Shown here: piece by piece, positions 34,500-43,903 of the stretch
Position numbering within the stretch: the stretch's first letter is position 1
Layout of the letters: the number at the start of each line of letters is the position of its first letter
Sequence record: MT150133.1
Source of the DNA: Enterobacteria phage vB_EcoM_IME540
DNA length: 64,000 bases
Reading direction: 5' to 3' (one strand)
Notes under the pieces: model-generated
The model's database searches: none
The model's input: the letters and a program-made list of their open reading frames with translations, nothing else
What the model was told of the DNA's origin: nothing
Translations under genes and position numbers: made by a program

Positions 34500-35664
34500 C
34501 TAAATCCATCTCTTCCAAATCGTTTTCGATATCAGCGGCGCTTTGGGCATTACCACCTAATTTAACAGCAACGTTCTTAGAGACACGAGAGTTAATAAGG
34601 TCGTTCACTGCATCGTCAACTTCTTTAATAGAATTAATTGCACCGAGCTTATACTTATTCTCGATTGCTTCACGGAACGGGGCATGTTTAAACAGCGGTC
34701 CCCAGAACTCGACACAATCGGTAGCTTTAGCACGCCATGCTTTTTCTTCTTGAACCATTTCGCCTGTGGTTTCGTCAAGGAATGCACGATTATACCAGCC
34801 AGCTTTAGGTTTCACGACAAAGCCAATATCAGTAGCCATTTCAAGCAATCCACTGAATGGGTCGATACCACCTTCGAAGTTAACGGTGATAGGGAACGTT
34901 GATTTCTCTTTAACCGTACGAGATTTCTCAGCCTTCAGTGTGAAGTCATAACCAGTGAGCTCGGTACCATCTTTAACCTGACGTTTAGAGATAAAGAACA
35001 CGGTAGAAGCAGAGTACAGAATACCAGTACCACCACCCATAATCTCTTTAGGATACATTCCACCAATTTCCATAGCCGTGTGGTTGATTGCTACACAAGG
35101 GATATCTTTGATAGTCAGATAAGGTGTTACGATACGGAACAGAGATTTCAGTGACTTAGCACGGGTCATATCACCTACAACTTTCTCGTTCAAAGCATCT
35201 TCGGTTTCTTTCTTAGAAGCAGTGTTACCAATGGAGTCGATAAAGATAATAACCTTTTCGCCACGAGTAATTTCTTCTAACTGGTTGGTCATATCAACTT
35301 TAAGCTGTTCGACTGACTGGATTGGTGTATGAACCACACGTTCCAAATCAACACCCATCGAACGGAAATAAGATTCTGAAGCACCAAACTCAGAGTCATA
35401 GAACAAACAAATTGCGTCTGGATATTTCTTCATATATGCCGCAACCATGGTAAGTCCAAACAACGTTTTAAAGTGTTTAGATGGAGCAGCAAAGATTGTC
35501 AAACCTGATTGTAAGCCTGCATTCAACGCACCGCCTAATGCAATATTCAGCATAGGGATACGAGTAGGAACTTCGTCACGACCATTAAACAATTTAGATT
35601 TGGTCAGGTCGGCGGTCATTTTAGAAGTAGAAGCTTTAATCAAACGGGATTTTAAATCAGACAT
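34492..35664 (-). CDS. uvsX: UvsX recombinase (RecA-like)
   Basis: 390 aa; near-identical N-terminus to recalled T4 UvsX (MSDLKSRLIKASTSK), Walker A region, NEKVV.DMTRAK..KSLFRIVTPY. Confidence 0.97.
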   Translation of the reverse strand: MSDLKSRLIKASTSKMTADLTKSKLFNGRDEVPTRIPMLNIALGGALNAGLQSGLTIFAAPSKHFKTLFGLTMVAAYMKKYPDAICLFYDSEFGASESYFRSMGVDLERVVHTPIQSVEQLKVDMTNQLEEITRGEKVIIFIDSIGNTASKKETEDALNEKVVGDMTRAKSLKSLFRIVTPYLTIKDIPCVAINHTAMEIGGMYPKEIMGGGTGILYSASTVFFISKRQVKDGTELTGYDFTLKAEKSRTVKEKSTFPITVNFEGGIDPFSGLLEMATDIGFVVKPKAGWYNRAFLDETTGEMVQEEKAWRAKATDCVEFWGPLFKHAPFREAIENKYKLGAINSIKEVDDAVNDLINSRVSKNVAVKLGGNAQSAADIENDLEEMDLDD

Positions 35665-35741
35665 TATATTTTTCCATAGGCATCATTATATTTTACTCAC
35701 GTTTTAAGATAGGGTAATTATATCACTTCACATTTACAGCG

Positions 35742-36635
35742 TTAAAGGACCACGTCCTCATAACTTGGCATTTCGTGCTCAGAATGGATGTGGGCACCGA
35801 AATAAATGAATTCAGCCAGACCAGGATGGAATACTAAACTGGGATTCTCATGATAAATGATATGAGGTCTTGATTTCAGAATCTGATAATATTCAACCTT
35901 ACTCGGTTTGAATTTAATAATCTCTACATCAGGACGATGGTCTTCACGCTTAAATGAATCATTCGGATCGGTGATATAAAGGCGAGAACCTTCAGCCGCA
36001 GCTTGGTCTACAACTCTTTCGAATTGATAGCATTTATCTGAGATACGGAATGGATGGAAAATACCATCAATTTTAATAGGCGCTAGACCTTCAGAGTAAC
36101 GCTCAATTACTGCGGGATTAATTACCTTTTGGTCTACAAAAATCTTATCAGAGGACGCACCTCGTGACACCAGGACGTCTTTCTGACATTGATTCAAGAC
36201 TGTAGTATAAATCGAACGTTCAACTGAGGACACGTCGGTATCAATAAACTCGTCGATATAATAACGAGGAACTTCAGGGTCCATTGTAATGTTAAAGTTG
36301 AATTGTACAGTCTGAGTGCCATCATAACCTGTGATATCGGTTACCAATCCTGAGCAGTCATAGTATTCGATTAACGAATCAACAACGAACTCGTTTTCAG
36401 ACCAAAAATGTTTACGAGTTTCATAAGCATTTTCTTTATACCAAAGCGGTACAAAATTCAGTTCAGGAAATAATTCAATGCATTCTTTGATATCGCTCGA
36501 ATTTCTAGGATAAGCCAGATAATCACCTGGGCAAGCACGGTTTAAATGGAGTTGAAAATTACCGTCCTTAAGGACGGCATATTCACCTGTTTCGTAACTA
36601 CGCATACTGAAAATAGGAACGATAAACAAACTCAT
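35742..36635 (-). CDS. hypothetical protein in the beta-glucosyltransferase slot; candidate DNA-sugar transferase
   Basis: 297 aa between uvsX and 42 where T4 has bgt; no similarity to recalled T4 beta-GT; ATG overlaps gp42 stop (ATGA); function inferred from context only. Confidence 0.4.
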   Translation of the reverse strand: MSLFIVPIFSMRSYETGEYAVLKDGNFQLHLNRACPGDYLAYPRNSSDIKECIELFPELNFVPLWYKENAYETRKHFWSENEFVVDSLIEYYDCSGLVTDITGYDGTQTVQFNFNITMDPEVPRYYIDEFIDTDVSSVERSIYTTVLNQCQKDVLVSRGASSDKIFVDQKVINPAVIERYSEGLAPIKIDGIFHPFRISDKCYQFERVVDQAAAEGSRLYITDPNDSFKREDHRPDVEIIKFKPSKVEYYQILKSRPHIIYHENPSLVFHPGLAEFIYFGAHIHSEHEMPSYEDVVL

Positions 36636-37330
36636 TTCAGGAATCCTCGAACGTAGTCAAAATCACGTTCAAATACGTGTGCACTAACCATAGTATGGGA
36701 ATACGTACCCAGACCAACACCACACTGTTCAGCAATAAAGGCCATCAGTTTACCCTGCAGATAGAAATCCAGCTGCATAACAATAGCACAGTTCTGTGAA
36801 CGCATATGGGTATGTGCATAAAGACGTCCATCACGAATATAATATGTCACTGAATCAGTACATGGATATTCTAAGGATTCGTCAGAATCAAGGAGGGCTT
36901 GGTCTTGTTCTTGGAGAATTTGGAACACAACTCGTCTTGAGTTAGGCTTCTCTTTAAGCTCTTTAAGTAAGGCTGGGAGTTGGGCCACAATTCTAGGTCC
37001 ATAGAAAGTGTTGAAGTTTGCAGGCAATACGTCACTTTTCGGCTTATCAATGAACTTAGCAACATTAGGGTATTCCTTAAATGCTTCGGCGGCGTCAGTA
37101 CCACCAGAAATCATAAACTTCCAGAAAGATTCGGCATAATCATAGTTGATACGATTAATACGAGGGTCGGTGAATTTATAGGTGCTTGCATCCAGTACTT
37201 CTACCGAAGCAGAACCAATTTCATAACAACAGCCGATACGAGAATCAACTGCAAACTGTGGAGCTTCCAGGATTTCTTCGTTCATTTGCTTAAACGCGTT
37301 TTCAAAACTAACAGCGGTAATGTGTTTCAT
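36632..37330 (-). CDS. 42: dCMP hydroxymethylase gp42 (thymidylate-synthase fold)
   Basis: 232 aa; TS-family core PCTDSVTYYIRDGRLYAHTHMRSQNCAIVMQLDF parallels T4 gp42 MCTNTVQYLIRDKKINAVVNMRSNDVVFGFRND; SD AAGGTGA. Confidence 0.8.
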   Translation of the reverse strand: MKHITAVSFENAFKQMNEEILEAPQFAVDSRIGCCYEIGSASVEVLDASTYKFTDPRINRINYDYAESFWKFMISGGTDAAEAFKEYPNVAKFIDKPKSDVLPANFNTFYGPRIVAQLPALLKELKEKPNSRRVVFQILQEQDQALLDSDESLEYPCTDSVTYYIRDGRLYAHTHMRSQNCAIVMQLDFYLQGKLMAFIAEQCGVGLGTYSHTMVSAHVFERDFDYVRGFLK

Positions 37331-37863
37331 TTATTCACCTTATTTTCAATATATTCATTCAGACGTTTTAATTCTACCATATCGACGTTAAGCAAGTTAT
37401 TATGGCCGTCGTGATTTAAGATTTTAAACACGTTTTCAAAACATGTTTCATATTGCCGGATAGTTAGGTTGAACTCATCTTTGGTTAATTTAATAAGGTC
37501 ATCTTCAAAGTCTTTATCCAGTGGATTACGGGTTAAAATAACCTCAATAATATTGAATTCAGATTTAAACCCTTTCCAATCTTCCAGTTCTACATAAGGG
37601 TCCATTTCACCACGAAGGAATCCAGAGTAAACAATATTACTAGGATACCCACGGTCTAAGATGTAGACAAAATTAGGGTCTAAAAACTTATACAACGTCT
37701 CGACTAAAGCCTTGTCATTATCAGTCCCTAATGAAATGCATTTGCCATTAATCTTTTTAGGGAAATCAATAAGACGATATTTCTTATCAGATAAAAGTGA
37801 TTCAATTAAAGTAGACTTCCCGGAATTATCCGGGCCGTCGATAACAATGATTTTTGGTTTCAC
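37327..37863 (-). CDS. P-loop kinase, thymidylate-kinase-like
   Basis: 178 aa; Walker A IVIDGPDNSGKST and TMPK-like LDRGYPSNIVYSG; GTG start overlapping the upstream stop (GTGA); no early in-frame ATG. Confidence 0.65.
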   Translation of the reverse strand: MKPKIIVIDGPDNSGKSTLIESLLSDKKYRLIDFPKKINGKCISLGTDNDKALVETLYKFLDPNFVYILDRGYPSNIVYSGFLRGEMDPYVELEDWKGFKSEFNIIEVILTRNPLDKDFEDDLIKLTKDEFNLTIRQYETCFENVFKILNHDGHNNLLNVDMVELKRLNEYIENKVNK

Positions 37864-38219
37864 GGATGATATGCCTTATAGGTTTCAAGAGTTCCTTCAC
37901 GAACCATTTCTTTAAAGTGGTCAGGACGGATTGCTCGGTCATCGATGATAAAAGTATAACTCGGCTTATGTGTAAGCAGATTGTGATATTTCAATCCAAT
38001 CTTTTCAAGGTTCTTAACTAATGCAGGAACTACTTCAACCAAGATTCGACCTGGGCCGCATGAAGTCATACCACGGGCAGTGAACAAGGTAATCTCGTAC
38101 CCTTCATCATAAAGCTTATTAATCACGGACACCATTTCGGTGTCCGGTTTAAAGTTTTCGTAATCACGGTCATCTTGCCAGTGAGTAATGGTATTATCGA
38201 TATCAAAACACAGATGCAT
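37860..38219 (-). CDS. HAD-superfamily phosphatase
   Basis: 119 aa; HAD motif I FDIDNTIT near N-terminus; ATG overlaps upstream stop (TAATG). Confidence 0.65.
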   Translation of the reverse strand: MHLCFDIDNTITHWQDDRDYENFKPDTEMVSVINKLYDEGYEITLFTARGMTSCGPGRILVEVVPALVKNLEKIGLKYHNLLTHKPSYTFIIDDRAIRPDHFKEMVREGTLETYKAYHP

Positions 38220-39892
38220 TAAATTTTCTTCCATTGTTTGTGGAGTTCGGTAGAACCTGTAGGTTTATATTTTACACCAGTTTCCTGGTCAAGCAAAACC
38301 CACTTATCAGGACAACGAGTGATAATTTGAGCCGTGATAGGGTCGCGAACTTCATCAACGAATTCACCTGTGATAAGCTTACGCTTACGAGGATGCCGCT
38401 TCAGCAGCACACTCAGTTGATATAGCCCATTGTAATAAGCGCCCAGAGCTTTCAGAGGGTTATTTTTAAAGTAACCTGCCAATGCCATCCAGATAACAGC
38501 AATCCAGAGCTTGTGCTTAAATGTACACATCGGAATATCATCTAAAGGCATAACCTTTTCAATATCAACGAATACACGAGTTCCGTTACGAGTTAAGCCA
38601 CCCCATAGAGGGTCAGAGTTAAATTTGTCATAACCATCGATAGAATAAAGCACCTTAGCTTCATCATAAATCGCAGGGCCTTTAGAACTATTACCAAAAT
38701 AACCACGTGGGTCGATGATTTTAATATTACCTTCGTCCGACAACATAATATTACTGTAGTGCGGGTCGCCATGAATAAGTTGGTACGGTTCTTTATGTTC
38801 AGACAGAATTTCTAAGGCGTGACGAAGAAGTTTTTCTGGGTCGCCTACCTTGAAGTCGTTAACATGGGTAATACCCTGTGGAGCAAAGCCTTCAATCAAT
38901 CCGGCAATAGAAGCATTACGAATAAGGACCTTGTCCAATACTTCTTTCTTAACATCAGAATACCATTGCTCATCGGATGGATTATCGATAGTTCCACCGA
39001 ATGAACGTAATGCACTAATGACCTTATAAACCATGAGGACTTTAGTTTCTTTAGACATAAACCGATAGGCGTCTGCCATGGTGCGACCAAAGATACGTTC
39101 CATTTTAATGAATTCACCTGGAGCAAAGTCTACAATGCTAGGAACGAATTCAGAATCAATAGAATTGTACCAATTGATTTCTTTAGATTGGATTTCTTTA
39201 CCTAATTCGTTTGTAGGTACTTTAATAGCTAGATTCTCAGTGAACTCTAATTTATTAAATTCACGGTTAATTTCAGAATCTTCATGGGCCTTAGCCAGTT
39301 TCAGTTTGTCACCAACATCAACTACAAAGTCTAACTTACGTTCAGTCAAATGGACCATTGAATCCAGGTTGTCAGCAAGGTCTTCACCATAATTAGAACG
39401 GTCGAAACCTGTCCAATTAGCCACCTGATACAAGCCAACTACGCCACCACCGGTACCAATTTCACGCAAGTACGGTTCTTCAAATGTAAAACGACAGTCA
39501 GTCCCATAGGTATAACAGTAGTCGTTATCCCACTCAACTTTATGACCTTCAGGAATAATATCACACCAGTTAAACAAGACATTGTGCCCAATGATATCTT
39601 CGGCAATGCAATCGATAGCATGAGCCGAACCATTGGCAACATCAACGTTACGAATAGTGAATTTAGGCTTATCACTATTAATCATGTTAATGGATTTAAT
39701 ATAGCCTTTAACGAGGTCGTTAAATTTGCTGTGAATAACCAGAATAATTTCATCTGATTGATTACTATACAAATCATACAAATGTTTTAATACAGTATGT
39801 TGTTTGTAGTTAACCAGTACCTTCGGGATTTCGTTGGTAATTGGATACAACCGTGAGCCAAGACCCGCGCCTAAAATAACAACCTTTTTCAT
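38219..39892 (-). CDS. bifunctional protein: N-terminal sugar-phosphate nucleotidyltransferase, C-terminal APH/choline-kinase-like kinase
   Basis: N-terminus VVILGAGLGSRLYPITNEIPKVLV fits the G-x-G-x-R-x-P...PK signature; C-terminus LIHGDPHYSNIML ... IKIIDPRG fits a protein-kinase-like fold; start at ATG MKKVVIL after SD GAGGAA. Confidence 0.7.
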   Translation of the reverse strand: MKKVVILGAGLGSRLYPITNEIPKVLVNYKQHTVLKHLYDLYSNQSDEIILVIHSKFNDLVKGYIKSINMINSDKPKFTIRNVDVANGSAHAIDCIAEDIIGHNVLFNWCDIIPEGHKVEWDNDYCYTYGTDCRFTFEEPYLREIGTGGGVVGLYQVANWTGFDRSNYGEDLADNLDSMVHLTERKLDFVVDVGDKLKLAKAHEDSEINREFNKLEFTENLAIKVPTNELGKEIQSKEINWYNSIDSEFVPSIVDFAPGEFIKMERIFGRTMADAYRFMSKETKVLMVYKVISALRSFGGTIDNPSDEQWYSDVKKEVLDKVLIRNASIAGLIEGFAPQGITHVNDFKVGDPEKLLRHALEILSEHKEPYQLIHGDPHYSNIMLSDEGNIKIIDPRGYFGNSSKGPAIYDEAKVLYSIDGYDKFNSDPLWGGLTRNGTRVFVDIEKVMPLDDIPMCTFKHKLWIAVIWMALAGYFKNNPLKALGAYYNGLYQLSVLLKRHPRKRKLITGEFVDEVRDPITAQIITRCPDKWVLLDQETGVKYKPTGSTELHKQWKKI

Positions 39893-39952
39893 TATCTGTT
39901 CCTCAAGTGAATGTAGGTACATTATACACTATTTTTAATAAATTGGTATTGC

Positions 39953-40453
39953 TTAAATCTTATCTTTACCGATTTCAATACACTGTTCTATTGCCGCCGG
40001 TGCTTTGGTCTTGAGCTTATCGATTTGTTTCTTATAATCACGAGCTTTACCGAAGCTCTCGGTTTCGAGCATTTCGTAATAACGAGCCTCGTGGATGGAA
40101 ATCTGTAGATTGATATGGTTTACGCACATCGCATACAGTTTCTGCTTTTTGTACAAATCATCTTGACGCTTCATTTCTGCCTGGTGTTTGGCTAGTACCG
40201 CTTCACGCTTGGACTCTTGTTCACGTTGGAATTCGATTTCTTGTTGAGCATATTTTGCACAGTTATTACCGCATTGATTATTAGCTCGGGTGTACACAAG
40301 TCCAGAACCTGCACGGAATTTCATTTCGCCATCGAATTGTTTCTGTTCAGCTGCGATACGAGCTTTACCAACTTCATCGGCCGAAACTGTATCACCATAT
40401 TGGACCGCGCAACCTGATAGGAGCATACTCATTGCGATAATTAACTTTTTCAT
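39953..40453 (-). CDS. predicted lipoprotein (166 aa), coiled-coil rich
   Basis: Signal MKKLIIAMSMLLSGC with lipobox LLSGC; lies two genes downstream of imm; SD GAGGA. Confidence 0.65.
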   Translation of the reverse strand: MKKLIIAMSMLLSGCAVQYGDTVSADEVGKARIAAEQKQFDGEMKFRAGSGLVYTRANNQCGNNCAKYAQQEIEFQREQESKREAVLAKHQAEMKRQDDLYKKQKLYAMCVNHINLQISIHEARYYEMLETESFGKARDYKKQIDKLKTKAPAAIEQCIEIGKDKI

Positions 40454-40460
40454 AATATCC

Positions 40461-40598
40461 TCAATTAAAACAGTTATACTTAATTTGTGCTATAAGAATA
40501 ATCCATCCAATGATGAGTGTCGGAATCATTGGGGGAATTGCCACTGCCCAATAAATGGTAAAGGCAGTCATTATAAGAAATAAAATAATTATTTTCAT
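40461..40598 (-). CDS. small hydrophobic peptide (45 aa), translationally coupled to imm
   Basis: ATG overlaps imm TGA stop (ATGA); MKIIILFLIMTAFTIYWAVAIPPMIPTLIIGWIILIAQIKYNCFN; its stop sits within the lipoprotein SD. Confidence 0.45.
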   Translation of the reverse strand: MKIIILFLIMTAFTIYWAVAIPPMIPTLIIGWIILIAQIKYNCFN

Positions 40599-40831
40599 TG
40601 CTTAACAATAATGATTTGTGCGTTTGATTTACGTTCAGCGACGATAGCCCAGATTAAAGCCACTACCCAACCAATCATCGTCCAGCCTAACAGGAGATTA
40701 AGGAAGAAAATTCCGACATTACTACGAGTGCCTCGCAGAAGAGCCAGAATCCATGGTAAAAAGTAACCGATGAACATAATAACCAGAGAACCGAATCCTA
40801 AAACACCAGCACTAACGATTAAAGCTTCCAT
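40595..40831 (-). CDS. imm: superinfection immunity protein Imm-like membrane protein
   Basis: 78 aa, two predicted TM helices, motif LLGWTMIGWVVALIWA; located between 42 cluster and 43 as T4 imm; call rests on motif memory and position. Confidence 0.65.
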   Translation of the reverse strand: MEALIVSAGVLGFGSLVIMFIGYFLPWILALLRGTRSNVGIFFLNLLLGWTMIGWVVALIWAIVAERKSNAQIIIVKQ

Positions 40832-40861
40832 TGTAATTTCCTCATGTAGTTGATAGGAAGG

Positions 40862-40891
40862 ATACTACCACGTTCCTTGTGGTATGTAAAC
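40862..40891 (-). promoter_or_regulatory. early promoter (-35 GTTTAC, 18 nt, -10 TAGTAT)
   Basis: Overlaps the 3' end of gene 43; leader CCTTCCTATCAACTACATGAGGAAATT. Confidence 0.55.
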
Positions 40892-40893
40892 AC

Positions 40894-43605
40894 TTAAAAG
40901 TCGAACATATCAAATAATGTTGCTTTTTTCTCGTAGTCGATTTTAGCAGACTCAGTAAAACCGGTCAGAGGTTTGATAAAGGTCTTTTGGAACAGTACGT
41001 TGTAGTCCATCCAACGGAGGACTTGGTCACGAATCTGAACCGGAAGTTCAATACCTGACGGCCATGCCATACAAGCTTCACCAAACGGGTTGCCTTCTTT
41101 AAGTGGCAGTACATATACCTTTTCACCATCAACGATACGAGGCATAGTCAAATCACCTGCAGAAGCACGCATGTAAGCTAAGCAACCTTTGATGTGGTAT
41201 GGACATTTAGAACCCGGGAATCCACCTTCATTATATTTCTCGATGTTGTTAGCACTGGATACTGCTGCAATGCTTACATAATCGAGTTCGTTAAATTCCT
41301 TATTAAACTGTTTGAAATATTCTTGCAAAGATGCCTCGCCTTCCTGAAGCATACGACGGATACATTCCTTCAGAGCTTTCTGAACTGCTTTAGGTGTACT
41401 TGATTTCTGAGTTTCGAGACCCATGATTTTCAAGTGTGGTTCAGCATAACGAGTACCTTCCATGTCCCAAACGTTAAGTGCATAACGTTTCTTGCCTGTC
41501 CAGAATCCACCAAGGCCTTTAGAACCAAGTGGAGGACCTGCGATAGCTTCTCGGTCCATGAACATCAAGTGTTGTTTGTTGTTCATGTATTCGCACATCT
41601 CACGGAAGCCTGCATCAATAGCTGGTTCCATACGTTCACGTGCAAATTTATCTAAGAAGTCTACCCAGTGGTTAGTATCACGGAATTTATCTTCGCCTAC
41701 TTTATTGATGATTGCATCTGCCTTAACATAAATGGAGTCAGTATCACCGTAGAGCACGAACTTCTGGTTTTCAGTCTTACACACGCTATTCAGATATTCG
41801 TTAACCTTACGTTCAATCCATTGGAGGGCCATTTGACCAAACAATGTGATTGCAGTTGCGTTCCTGAGGTCATAGTAACGGAACCATACGTTACCAAGTG
41901 CACCATAAAGGGAGTTGATAAGCAACTTACGGTTAATCTGAGCAGTGTTACCTGCAACTTCAGTGAGCTCGGCTTTCTTCAACATTTCTCTTAAAGAAGG
42001 CGCTGACAGTGCTTTAATCTGGGCTTTTATTTCGTCAGAGAAGTCAAAACGATAATCGATATCCAGTGGACTATCAACTGAGAGATTAGGATTTTCCAAT
42101 GCTTCTTTAATTAACTCACCATTACGTTGAGCTGCAAGCATGTAACCTTTATGTTCTTTACGCTGCAAGAATACCTTGGTGATTTCTGTCGGAATCACAC
42201 CTTCACGGTCTTTATAGTACATCATGCCGTTAGGAGAGCAACTGTAGGTGTCGCTAGGACGCTGAGCAGTTCCGGCAATATATTCATGTATCGGTGCGTT
42301 AGCGAATGTCCCTGCGATGGTCTCTGGGCTTATATTCACTTGTCGAATGATACTCGGATACAGAGATGTAAGGTCGAAACTCATTACATATTTGTAAGCG
42401 TTAGGAATCGGTTCCTTAACGAAAGCACCAGGATAAGGTTGGACCACGTGCGAACGAGCTTGTGGAATTACCTTGCCTTGTTCTTTAAGGCTATTAAAGA
42501 TAATAGCGTCCCAAGTCTTAATTGGGCTGAACACCGACTGAATCTGCATCTTGGCATAATAACCCATGTCCAAACTCAGAAGAATGAACTGACGCTTCAT
42601 ATCAATCTGCACTACACGATATACGTCGATAATGTTATAGGAAATATATCGTTGGTGGTTCGTCTCACGTAACTTGGAGATTGGGCCATCATATTTCAAC
42701 TTACCTACTTTCAATTCATATTCAGAAACATAATCCAGAGAATAAGAAGGCTGGTTGGTGAAGCTGAATTTTTTATAGAGGTCGATATAATCCAGAACAG
42801 AGATACCGAACAATGTAATGATTTCACGAGCACCGTACATGTTCTCAATAACTTTAACACGAGTTTTACGATGTGGGCTTAATCGCTTAGCAGTGTTCTC
42901 ACCGAACAGATTTTTCAGACGGTTATAAACGTACGGTACGTCAAACGACTCAACGTTCCATCCAGTCAAAATCACAGGAGTTTTCTGTTGCCAGAAATTC
43001 AAGTACTCAAGCATCATTTCTTCTTCAGAATTAAACGGAAGATAAACGATTTTGTCAATGATTTCCTGTGGAACTTCGTCACCACCTTCGTCTTGGAGTT
43101 TCTCAGCGATTTTAATCGACCACTCTTCAACAGTACCATAAGGCGAAACTAAAAGGTCGAATACATAGAATTTATCGTCAATCGAGTCGTAGTGGGTAAT
43201 GGCATCGATAGGATGTTTAGCCTGAGCTGGTTCAGGGAATCCATCAGGAGATGTTACCTCGATGTCGAAGTTAGCAATACGAATCTTAGAAGAATCATAT
43301 TTGATTTCTTTACGATAGGTATCAGACAAATAGGCTAATTTATAGTCGTCCATACCCAGGGCTTCGAGACCCATATCATCCATACGTTTCATCCATTGGG
43401 ATGCATCACGCATAGAATCGAATTCTTTCTTAACACAACCCTTACCATAGATATCAATGTATTTTACGGCTTGCTCTGGATTAGCATGCATAAACATTGT
43501 AGGCTTGTATGGAACTTCACGACTACGTTCGTTACCATTTTTATCGATGTAACGTTCGAGAATATTATCACCGATTTGTTCGACTGTCAAATAGAATTCT
43601 TGCAT
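40894..43605 (-). CDS. 43: DNA polymerase gp43 (family B)
   Basis: From ATG MQEFYLTVEQIGDNILERY; long near-identical stretches to recalled RB69/T4 gp43 (FDIEVT exo motif, SLYPSIIRQVNISPETI, YGDTDS, KKRYALNVWDMEG); track ORF extends 20 codons further upstream. Confidence 0.97.
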   Translation of the reverse strand: MQEFYLTVEQIGDNILERYIDKNGNERSREVPYKPTMFMHANPEQAVKYIDIYGKGCVKKEFDSMRDASQWMKRMDDMGLEALGMDDYKLAYLSDTYRKEIKYDSSKIRIANFDIEVTSPDGFPEPAQAKHPIDAITHYDSIDDKFYVFDLLVSPYGTVEEWSIKIAEKLQDEGGDEVPQEIIDKIVYLPFNSEEEMMLEYLNFWQQKTPVILTGWNVESFDVPYVYNRLKNLFGENTAKRLSPHRKTRVKVIENMYGAREIITLFGISVLDYIDLYKKFSFTNQPSYSLDYVSEYELKVGKLKYDGPISKLRETNHQRYISYNIIDVYRVVQIDMKRQFILLSLDMGYYAKMQIQSVFSPIKTWDAIIFNSLKEQGKVIPQARSHVVQPYPGAFVKEPIPNAYKYVMSFDLTSLYPSIIRQVNISPETIAGTFANAPIHEYIAGTAQRPSDTYSCSPNGMMYYKDREGVIPTEITKVFLQRKEHKGYMLAAQRNGELIKEALENPNLSVDSPLDIDYRFDFSDEIKAQIKALSAPSLREMLKKAELTEVAGNTAQINRKLLINSLYGALGNVWFRYYDLRNATAITLFGQMALQWIERKVNEYLNSVCKTENQKFVLYGDTDSIYVKADAIINKVGEDKFRDTNHWVDFLDKFARERMEPAIDAGFREMCEYMNNKQHLMFMDREAIAGPPLGSKGLGGFWTGKKRYALNVWDMEGTRYAEPHLKIMGLETQKSSTPKAVQKALKECIRRMLQEGEASLQEYFKQFNKEFNELDYVSIAAVSSANNIEKYNEGGFPGSKCPYHIKGCLAYMRASAGDLTMPRIVDGEKVYVLPLKEGNPFGEACMAWPSGIELPVQIRDQVLRWMDYNVLFQKTFIKPLTGFTESAKIDYEKKATLFDMFDF

Positions 43606-43663
43606 TTCATTTCCTTTATAGACGAGTGATTGTCTTTTGTTTGTTGATGAATCATTATACTCC

Positions 43664-43681
43664 AAAAGGGACCGAAGTCCC
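43664..43681 (-). terminator. intrinsic terminator (GGGAC-TTCG-GTCCC plus TTTT)
   Basis: Hairpin after the small ORF downstream of regA; a TATAAT at 43654..43659 and a 48-nt leader precede the gene 43 ATG. Confidence 0.6.
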
Positions 43682-43686
43682 TTTGC

Positions 43687-43902
43687 TTAAATTTCTATTG
43701 TCTGACGTTTAATAGTTGAATTACCATCTTCGTCTTTAGTTTTAATCATAGCCTGGAAGACTTGCTGGCCAGGATGTAGTAACTTTTGGAGGTCCTTTTG
43801 AAATTCTATTTGGAGCTCTTCGGAAAGGTCAAAAATCGTTTGAGTTGGAGAAAGTCCGTATACCTCTTTAAGACGTTCACACGTTTCAATTTCAAGAATC
43901 AT
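43687..43902 (-). CDS. hypothetical protein (about 71 aa) between regA and 43
   Basis: Track ORF trimmed to ATG overlapping regA stop; no recalled T4 counterpart at this position. Confidence 0.4.
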   Translation of the reverse strand: MILEIETCERLKEVYGLSPTQTIFDLSEELQIEFQKDLQKLLHPGQQVFQAMIKTKDEDGNSTIKRQTIEI

Positions 43903-43903
43903 A

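Noticed and set aside
41194-42672. Plus-strand ORFs of up to 181 aa inside the DNA polymerase gene
   Set aside because: Antisense to gp43, which is identified with very high confidence; no start signals.
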